Assembly: GCF_006345805.1 (NCBI RefSeq)
Contig: NC_043000.1
Coordinates: 64,356,001 to 64,420,000 of the forward strand
DNA length: 64,000 bases
Source: Octopus sinensis
Lineage: Eukaryota
Reading direction: 5' to 3'
Positions 40,850-49,949 of this stretch are shown in pieces. The notes beneath the pieces were generated by a model. The model saw only the letters and a program-made list of their open reading frames with translations. It was not told the DNA's origin and made no database searches. The first letter of the stretch is position 1. Every line of letters begins with the position of its first letter. The position numbers and the translations under genes were made by a program.

Positions 40850-41022
40850 CCCTGGCACGTAAAAAGCACCCACTACACTCGCGGAGTGGTTGGTGTTAGG
40901 AAGGGCATCCAGCTGTAGAAACACTGCCAGATCAGACTGGAGCCTGGTGCAGCCTCCTGGCTTCCCAGACCCCGGTTGAACCGTCCAACCCGTGCTAGCG
41001 TGGAAAACGGACATTAAACGAC

Positions 41023-41054
<32 letters not shown>

Positions 41055-41058
41055 TGAT
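40850..41058 (+). mobile_element. RTE-tail short repeat with (GAT/GAC)n tail; other copies at ~2891-3060, 21170-21330, 21781-21960, 24810-24950, 49540-49737, 49780-49950 and 57000-57171
   Basis: aaaagcacccactacactc..gagtggttgg.gttaggaagggcatccagctgtagaaac...ggacgttaaacgatgatg, the same sequence as the RTE 3' end at 1418-1600. Confidence 0.8.
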
Positions 41059-41310
41059 GAAATGTTTATCATCTGGGATGTGAATAATTTGTTTTGTTTA
41101 CATTCACCTTCTTCCTCTTCCTAATTTTGTGATATTTGGATTTGAGTTCACCATTTCAAGTTTAGTGTGCTTTACTTATTCGTTTTTTTCTTCTTTTAAG
41201 TTTTTAAAAGTATTCTTACAATTTGAATACATTGTGGATATTTTTGCTTTTATGTGCTGTTTTTGTTGTGTGAAAATTATTGTTTATTTTTATATATATA
41301 TATATATATA

Positions 41311-41443
41311 TAATTAATTAATAAGGGTGAGAGAATTAGATACTAATTTAATAGTATACCTATTCAACACCAAATTTCTGTGGTTGAAACCTATCGGATT
41401 TATTTCTAGTGCTAGGGTGAGCCACATAGTGACCACTCTCTTA

Positions 41444-41457
<14 letters not shown>
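41311..41457. mobile_element. Miniature copy sharing both termini with the 42265-44040 element, in opposite orientation
   Basis: Starts taattaattaataagggtgagagaattagatactaatttaatagtata and ends atagtgaccactctcttatatttattta; both ends run into (TA)n. Confidence 0.8.
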
Positions 41458-41490
<33 letters not shown>

Positions 41491-42236
41491 GGTTAATATC
41501 TAGATCCGCACCCGGTGGGAAAAATGGAAACGAAAATGTGTAACAGTTGTAAGGCATCGTATATTGACGGAATAAGACGGAAAAAAAGCGCGCTGACAAA
41601 CGGGGTTGGGGGGTGGGGGTGGGGGGGCTCGGGAAATTCCCAGGATCAACCGTAGAGGATCATGGAAAAAAATATGTGTAACAGGTGTAAGGCATCGTAT
41701 ATTGAAGGAATATGACGAAAACAAAGCGCGCTGACAAACGGGGGGGCTCGGAAAATTGCCTACGATTTAAAGAAAAATTTACCATCAATTTTCACCATTT
41801 TAAACGCATTTCACACACATAGCCCAATGTCATAATTCAAAACTAACGCAGCGAAAATTTTGAAAAGTTCCCCCAGTTCTGAAAAAAATCGATAAATTCG
41901 ACATGGGGTCGCGAATCAGAAACACAATGGTGAAAATTGATGGTAAATTTTTCTTTAAATCGTAGGCAATTTTCCGAGCCCCCTCCCCCCCCCCGTTTGT
42001 CAGCGCGCTTTGTTTTCGTCATATTCCTTCAATATACGATGCCTTACACCTGTTACACATATTTTTTTCCATGATCCTCTACGGTTGATCCTGGGAATTG
42101 CCCGAGCCCCCCACCCCCCAACCCCGTTTGTCAGCGCGCTTTTTTTCCGTCTTATTCCGTCAATATACGATGCCTTACAACTGTTACACATTTTAGTTTC
42201 CATTTTTTCCACCGTGTGCGGATCTAGATATTAACC
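41491..42236. mobile_element. Foldback MITE-like DNA element with ~310-bp terminal inverted repeats (superfamily unassigned)
   Basis: ggttaatatctagatccgcac...gtgcggatctagatattaacc; arms 41491-41799 and 41926-42236 around a 126-bp spacer; two subrepeats per arm; inserted in (TA)n. Confidence 0.85.
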
Positions 42237-42271
<35 letters not shown>

Positions 42272-42422
42272 TATAAGAGAGTGGTCACTATATTGATCAC
42301 TCTAGCACCAGTTAATCCAAAAGGTTTCACACCACGAAAATACATGTTTCCCATGAAAGCCAAGTACGACTGTTAGCTCACACGGACAGGGCAAATAAAA
42401 AATAACAAAAATACAGATTATT

Positions 42423-42497
42423 TTGGACAATTGTTTCGCTATCAATGAATTAAATGTAATATTACTTACAATAATCCATTTGTAGCTCGTCAGCCAA
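42423..42497 (-). ncRNA. Hammerhead ribozyme, array copy 1 (one C missing in stem I)
   Basis: UUGG-CUGACGA-GCUA...UAGC-GAAA-CAAUUG-UC^-CAAA; CC here against CCC in the other three copies. Confidence 0.7.
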
Positions 42498-42951
42498 GAC
42501 TATCTGGATGAAATCCACTCAATCACACGCCAGATTTTACCATAACGATAAATACGCGTGTGGTTCAATTGATTACATCCGACGTTATAATTCAAATGCC
42601 CCAACCAACAGCGCGCCAAACTCTCACGGAAACAAATACAGCATTTAGAAATAATGCAGCATAATTTAATTAATTAATAAGGGTGAGAGAATTAGATACT
42701 AATTTAATAGTATATTTATTCCACACCAAGTGGCTAGTGCTACGAGAAACCTGGATTATTATAATATTTTATAACATATTATAATATTTTCACAAAATAA
42801 ATATAAGAGAGTGGTCACTATATTGATCACTCTAGCACCAGTTAATCCAAAAGGTTTCAACCACGAAAATACATGTTTCCCATGAAAGCCAAGTACGACT
42901 GTTAGCTCACACGGACAGGGCAAATAAAAAATAACAAAAATACAGATTATT

Positions 42952-43025
42952 TTGGGACAATTGTTTCGCTATCAATGAATTATGTAATATTACTTACAAT
43001 AATCCATTTGTAGCTCGTCAGCCAA
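42952..43025 (-). ncRNA. Hammerhead ribozyme, array copy 2
   Basis: UUGG-CUGACGA-GCUA...UAGC-GAAA-CAAUUG-UC^-CCAA. Confidence 0.9.
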
Positions 43026-43149
43026 GACTATCTGGATGAAATCCACTCAATCACACGCCAGATTTTACCATAACGATAAATACGCGTGTGGTTCAATGAT
43101 TACATCCGACGTTATAATTCAAATGCCCCAACCAACAGCGCGCCAAGTC

Positions 43150-43225
43150 TTGGCTGACGAGCTACAAATGGATTATTGTAAGTAATATTACATTTAATTC
43201 ATTGATAGCGAAACAATTGTCCCAA
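43150..43225 (+). ncRNA. Hammerhead ribozyme, array copy 3
   Basis: Fully canonical core, G10.1-C11.1 pair, GUC cleavage after 43221. Confidence 0.92.
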
Positions 43226-43670
43226 AATAATCTGTATTTTTGTTATTTTTTATTTGCCCTGTCCGTGTGAGCTAACAGTCGTACTTGGCTTTCATGGGAA
43301 ACATGTATTTTCGTGGTTGAAACCTTTTGGATTAACTGGTGCTAGAGTGATCAATATAGTGACCACTCTCTTATATTTATTTTGTGAAAATATTATATGT
43401 TATAAAATATTATAATAATCCAGGTTTCTCGTAGCACTAGGCCACTTGGTGTGGAATAAATATACTATTAAATTAGTATCTAATTCTCTCACCCTTATTA
43501 ATTAATTATAATTATGCTGCATTTATTTCTAAATGCTGTATTTGTTTCCGTGAGAGTTTGGCGCGCTGTTGGTTGGGGCATTTGAATTATAACGTCGGAT
43601 GTAATCAATTGAACCACACGCGTATTTATCGTTATGGTAAAATCTGGCGTGTGATTGAGTGGATTTCATC

Positions 43671-43762
43671 CAGATAGTCTTGGCTGACGAGCTACAAATG
43701 GATTATTGTAAGTAATATTACATTTAATTCATTGATAGCGAAACAATTGTCCCAAAAATCTG
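43671..43762 (+). ncRNA. Hammerhead ribozyme, array copy 4, with extended stem I
   Basis: CAGAU-aguc-UUGG-CUGACGA-GCUA...UAGC-GAAA-CAAUUG-UC^-CCAA-aa-AUCUG; cleavage after 43751. Confidence 0.92.
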
Positions 43763-44032
43763 TATTTTTGTTATTTTTTATTTGCCCTGTCCGTGTGAGC
43801 TAACAGTCGTACTTGGCTTTCATGGGAAACATGTATTTTCGTGGTTGAAACCTTTTGGATTAACTGGTGCTAGAGTGATCAATATAGTGACCACTCTCTT
43901 ATATTTATTTTGTGAAAATATTATAATATGTTATAAAATATTATAATAATCCAGGTTTCTCGTAGCACTAGGCCACTTGGTGTGGAATAAATATACTATT
44001 AAATTAGTATCTAATTCTCTCACCCTTATTAA

Positions 44033-44074
<42 letters not shown>

Positions 44075-44102
44075 ATACATATGTTACATTACTCGGTAGT
44101 CA

Positions 44103-44165
44103 AGATAAAACTCTGAGTTTCAGATGCCGAAGTGGAAATCCACAACACCATCTCTTCGGTTATCT
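44103..44165 (-). ncRNA. Variant-core hammerhead candidate
   Basis: AGAUAA-CCGAAGA-GAUG...CAUC-U-GAAA-CUCAGAG-UU^-UUAUCU; 6-bp stem I, but C at position 4 and an extra U before GAAA. Confidence 0.5.
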
Positions 44166-44271
44166 GGCTATTTGAAAACGTTATGAAAAAATACCGTTAA
44201 AAATGAAGGGAAATTACTCTGTTATAACTCTGCTTTGCCTGCGTACTTATACATCGCTCGCATTTTTCGTC

Positions 44272-44301
<30 letters not shown>

Positions 44302-44302
<1 letters not shown>

Positions 44303-44626
44303 AAGGCACATGGTTAGAGCGTAGAGCTTATGATTGTGAGGTTGTGAGTTCGATTCCTGGACCAGGCTGCATGTTGTGTTCCTGAGCAAGACACTTTATT
44401 TCATATTGCTCCAGTTAACTCAGCTGTAGAAATGAGTTGCGACGTCACGAGTGCCAAGTTGTATTGGCCTTTGCCTTTCCCTTGGATAACATCAGTGGTG
44501 TGGAGAGGGGAGGCTGGTATGCATGGGCAACTGCTAGCCTTCCACAAACAATCTTGCCCTGACTTGTGCTTCAGAGGGTAACTTTCTAGGTGCAATCCCA
44601 TGGTCATTCATGACTGAAGGGGGTCT
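44302..44626 (+). mobile_element. tRNA-derived SINE
   Basis: A box tggttagagcg, B box gagttcgattcc, central tgttgtgttcctgagcaagacactt. Confidence 0.8.
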
Positions 44627-45196
44627 CCTCCTCCTCCTCCTATATATATATATAATGTATGTATGTATAAAACAATATAAAGGATTCCGGAGAGAATCGA
44701 GTACTTAAATGGTATGCATCAGGTTGGGTTGATTTAACCTATAAGCACCACCTTTAGTCAGATCCATAAACTGGGTACTGAATTAATCCAGTGAAATATT
44801 TAGGCTGTGCACAGAGAAAATCCACCACTACAAGTATTTAACGCCTAGGGGCTAGTCCAAATCTTGTGTTGTGCAGATCATACACAGGAAGCCCAACAGG
44901 TCATGAATCCCTTTGGTGTATTATTAGCAAAGAAAAATAACAGATGATGGATAAAAGTCAGTTCATTACAGTTGTTTCTTATGTATTTTTTATTTGATGA
45001 GTACACTGCATCACAGTAAAAGAAACTGTATTTATCAGATGATCCATATAATTTCAAAACAATAGAACAACCTATATGCAAGTGGGAATGCATCTATTTG
45101 CCAGCCAAAGCTGGCCTGAATGGAAAAAAGCAGAACCATTAAAGAGGCGGAAGTGTATTAGGAATTTAGTTAGAAGGTGGGGGTGAGATGAGATTT

Positions 45197-45380
45197 ATGG
45201 CCACCAACCTATCTGGTGGCCGGTCAGGATATAAGTTGGAGACAATTATTGGTACCCCTTGTCAAAAATGGTTTTTTAGTGTCTGCATATGGCCACCAAC
45301 CTATCTGGTGGCCGGTCAGGATATAAGTTGGAGACAATTATTGGTACCCCTTGTCAAAAATGGTTTTTTAGTGTCTGCAT
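45197..45380. repeat. Perfect 92-bp tandem duplication
   Basis: 45197-45288 is identical to 45289-45380. Confidence 0.92.
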
Positions 45381-45890
45381 GAATAATTTTTGGTCAGAGT
45401 AGGCTCAACTGTTTAAGGAACACCAAACAAAAGTTAAATTTCCAAAACAATTTATTTTTGACAAGCAAAACAGATAAACAAAATAATTGGAAGGTTAAAA
45501 TTATTCACTCTCTACAACATTTGATGATTAACAATCAATAGTATATTCTTTATGCTTAATAACTTTCTTCAATCTGTGAGGATAGTTTTCAGTTAGCTTC
45601 AGGTACAGACCAGAAAGAATTTTAGCCCATTCTTTAATTGCATATTCACTCAGCTGCTTCAAGTTAGATAGCTTTCTTGCTTTCATTCTTTTCTTTAGCT
45701 CCCACCATAAATTGTCTATCAGATTTAAGTCAGGACTTTGAGCTGGTCATGGGAATACATCTATCTCATTTTCTTTCAACCAAATTTGGATTAAAAGTGA
45801 GGTGTGCTTGGGATCTTTGTTCTGCATGAAGATCCAAGAGTGTCAGAATCCCAGTTGTTTTTCAAATGACTTTTATACAAAACATTGATA
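45240..45890 (-). mobile_element. Tc1 (DD34E-type) transposon remnant
   Basis: FMQNKDPKHTS...WLKEN...PAQSPDLNLIDNLWWELKKR read on the - strand. Confidence 0.75.
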
Positions 45891-46399
45891 ATAATACTCT
45901 TTTTCCATTGTTTCTTCAATTTGAAAACTATGAGCTCCAAGAGAGGTACCTTTATTTTAGAAGATGAGGAGTTAAAGTATGAGAGGAGTCAGCGCAGAAC
46001 AGGTTTTTTGCTGCAGAGAGGCTACATGGCTATTTGCATTTTAGAAAAGAAGGTGATGTTGGTCGGTGATGAAGTTGCAGCTGAAAAGAAATGGGAGTAG
46101 TGGTGATGAGGTGTCTGTGTGAAGCTTCAAGGTACATGGTGAGTAGAAGTGAATGGGAAGCAGAAGAACAGGAAGTGTGAGTGGATAGAGGTAACAAGAG
46201 TGCAGTGGAGAGTGAGAAAGGGAGAATGGGTGAGGGGTAGTAAAATGAATGAAGAACAAGTGTTGAATGGATGAAGAGTGGGTGATAACTGTAGAGATTG
46301 AATAAGGGTTGATGGGTGGTGAATGGTGGATAAGAATATAGTGAATGGCTGATAAAGGTTGGCGGATGACCAATGATGCATCGAGTGAAAAGAAGTGGA

Positions 46400-47200
46400 A
46401 TAGGTCATCACTGAAGAGTTTAAGACTGGCTGTCCATGGGAAATATTATATGCTGATGATCTACTTTTCATAGCTGAATCTAGAGAGGAATTCCAGACAT
46501 AGAAGCTAAATCTAGAGTTGAAAGGTCTTAAGGTCAATTTTGCAAAGATGAAAGTTTTAGTAAGTAAGAAAGAAAACAGGGAAATGGCCTTGCTTGATGA
46601 GCAGAAAAGAAGTGTGGATGATCTCCATATGCTGCACTGAGTGTAAGCTATAGACACACACGAGATGTAATGGAATTACAGGCAGACTATGAGAGAACAT
46701 AAACTTCATATGTCATAGATGCGCAAGAAAAATATGTTCCATGAATGCATCAGAAATAGAGCCCCTTAAATGCCTGGATGGCTCACTAGTTAATAGTTTT
46801 TGCTACATAGGAGATGTCATCCACAAGGGAGGTGGTTGCTCTGAAAGTATAGTGGCAAGAGTAAGAATGAGTTGGGAAAAGGTTAGGAAGCTATTACTGC
46901 TGCTGGCAAGAAAGGTCTTTTTCCACCAAGTGAAAGATATATTGTATGATGCTTATGTTAGAACTGCAGTGCTGCATGGTAGTAAGACATGGGCTTTGAA
47001 TATAGAGGACATGAGAAAACTAGAAAGAAATGAAGTATGATCCATTGGATATGCAATGTAAGTGTGCATGAATAACAGTATAAGTGTGCTAAGAGATAGA
47101 ATGGGCATATGAGGAATCAGATGTGTGCAAGAAAGAAGACTGCGCTGGTATAGACACTTCATGCATATGGATGAGGGCATCTGTATAAAGAATTGCTGAT
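46400..47200 (+). mobile_element. Degenerate RTE LINE fragment (RT YADD region); 3' part resumes at ~47945-48110
   Basis: TEEFKTGCPWEILYADDLL; LYDAYVRTAVLHGSKTW; GRSRKIWDEVVKADL. Confidence 0.8.
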
Positions 47201-49138
47201 CCCAAAATGTTGTGATTTTGTAGTGGCTGTCGTTGGCTGTTCAGGTGTGTGTTATTAAATGGAAAAACAGTTAGTAGGAATCACCATAAGACATTTTTGT
47301 ATATAAATAAATTTTTTATTCTGAGTTCACCTTTTGTGGTGGAAACATGTAGTATGATACAAAAACATGTGTGTTTGTATACAAAAAAAGTTTTGATTTT
47401 TGCTTTTGCCCTGAAAAAAGTAACATATATTTGTATTACAGTATGTATGCATGTGTGTAATGAGAAGTCATTTTGAGAATGCATGGTGTGATAAAGTATC
47501 TTTGTTTACGAACCATATAGCTCATGTTGAGGTAAATAGACATGTAAATCACACATGGGAGACTGCTTATGCCCTGAAAGAAGTAGCATATAATATTTTT
47601 ATTACAGTATGTATGCATGTGTATAATGCGAAGTCATTTTGAGAATGTATAGTGTGATAAAATATCTTTGTTTACGAACCATATATCTTGTGTCGAGGTG
47701 AATAGACATATGAATTGCACATGGGAAACTGCATGTGGAGCTACAGAAAAGACATGTTTCTTTGACCAAAATCTGGCAGGAACTGAGATACTTCTACAGT
47801 GTGGCTCAGAACGAGGCTAGTGTCTCAGAACAAGGCTACTGGATCAAAGTGAAGTTAGTGTATCAAAGTGAGGTTAGATGCCTCATCGATATATTCATCT
47901 GCTGTGCAGGTCAACTCACATATTACTATACAATATGTAGCTCTGCTACAGTGAGAACTAGTAGAAAAGGGAGATCCAGGAAGATATGGGATGAAGTGGT
48001 GAAGGCTGACCTTAAGACTCTGAACTTCTCAGAGGAAAAGACAAAGGACTAGGATATCTGGTGATGCAAGATTCTTGTGAAAACCTGCCCATCACAGCAA
48101 AACTGACCTCTGGAAGCATTGTGTAGGTATAATATATATATTCATATATATTTGTGTGTATGTGTGTGTGAACATACATATATAATAGATGTTTTTGTGT
48201 GTGTGTGAGCACCTCAATCAATCAATCCCCTTCCCTCACATCGCCCTTCCCCCTGTACCTCCCCTACTGCAGCTTTTTGTCACTCCCAACACCATTTCCC
48301 CTCTCTTTCTATCCAGGACCATCTCACTTGTTAACCATTCTCCACATTCACACCTTCATGTTACAGTGGCCTTTCCACCCCAACTTCCCTCATGTACTAT
48401 GCCTCATGTACTACACTTGTCTATCTCTCTACTTCACTCCTGCAGCCTACCGAAACACACCATCTCTATTATTCGTTTGTCAATGGTATCAGCATCACTG
48501 ACTTGCTGTTAGCATCCCTCTACCCTCCCCAACTTGTGCATCCACAACCCTCAAACCTTTCCAATCTTAACAGATATTACCTACCTCCATCTCTTCCACT
48601 TTCCCAATCTTTTCTCCCATACACTCACTCACTACTCTCCCTACATGAGTTGCCATCTGGACACCTCATCCCCACTATCTATCTCCTTGAGAGACAACAT
48701 CCATTCATTTTCACTCTCTTTTCTAAATGTGAGTAGCCATGTAGACCCTCTACAAGAACCTGTTCTACTCCAGCCTCTTTTTTAATACCTTCACCCCCAC
48801 TTAACATAAGGATGCAGTACCCCACCTCCTCAGAGTTATAGACTTATGAGCTACATGGTGACCTCAGTAGTGCTGGTGGCATGAAAAAAGCACCCGATAC
48901 ACACTGTGAAGTGGTTGGAGTTAGGAAGGGCATCTGACCATAGAAGCAGTTCTTAGACTTACCAGATCCTTGTCAAACCATTCAACCCATGACAGCAACA
49001 AAGATATTAAATGATGGTGATGTGTGTGTTTGTATATATAGTTAATCAAAAAAAAAAAAAAAAAAAAGAAAAAGCAACAACATGAGGACATGGTACATGC
49101 AAAGTATTAATAAGATACTCAAAGAAGGAAAAAAAGGG

Positions 49139-49175
49139 TGTTTTATATTTCGAGCAAAGCTCTTCTTCAGAAACA
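49139..49175 (-). ncRNA. Minimal (37-nt) hammerhead with an extra A after A9
   Basis: UGUUU-CUGAAGA-A-GAGC-uuu-GCUC-GAAA-UA-UA^-AAACA; lies in a repeat also present, more decayed, at ~26280-26430 (+). Confidence 0.6.
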
Positions 49176-49949
49176 GGAGACAGGAAATTCCAAGAGAAAA
49201 GGAAGATGGAGGAAAATAAATCACCAATAATCCACATGTAGTTACATTTTGGAATGTATGTGTGTGTGTATATATATATATATAAGGAGTTTTCATCAAC
49301 TCATGTAATGTAATAGGTATGTGGTATGAATGCTCACTTTGGTTTACCACTAAAACTCCAGCTTCAACTGCAACTGAAAGTGTCATGTTGAGACTGCCTA
49401 TCAGATGCAGCTAGAAGCGGTTTCTCCCCAAGCAGGTGGATATAGATCCGAACGTGGCCGATGCCAGTGCCGCCTTGACTGGCTTCTGTGCCGGTGGCAC
49501 GTAAAAAGCACCAACAGATCGTGACCACTGCCAGACTCCCCTGGCACCTGTGCCAGTGGAACGTAAAAAGCACCCACTACACTCACAGAGTGGTTGGCGT
49601 TAGGAAGGGCATCGGGCTGTAGAAACACTGCCATATCAGACTGGAGCATGGTGCAGCCTCCTGGCTACCCAGACCCCGGTCGAACCATCCAACTTGTGCT
49701 AGCATGGAAAACGGACGTTAAACGATGCTGATGATGATATATATATATATATATATATCATATATATCATATATATATCATCATCATTATCATCATCATC
49801 ATCATTTAACGTCCGCTTTCCATGCTAGCATGGGTTGGACGGTTCAACTGGGGTCTGGGGAGCCCGAAAGCTGCACCAGTCCAGTCAGATCTGGCAGTGT
49901 TTCTACAGCTGGATGCCCTTCCTAACGCCAACCACTCCGAGAGTGTAGT

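Larger units (their letters stand above)
42265..44040. mobile_element. Non-coding retrozyme-like element: ~530-nt tandem units, each with one HHR, arranged as a palindrome
   Basis: Units start at 42265 and ~42795 (HHR on - strand); orientation flips at 43147; ~1.7 units follow with HHR on + strand; (TA)n on both flanks; no ORF in the track. Confidence 0.88.
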
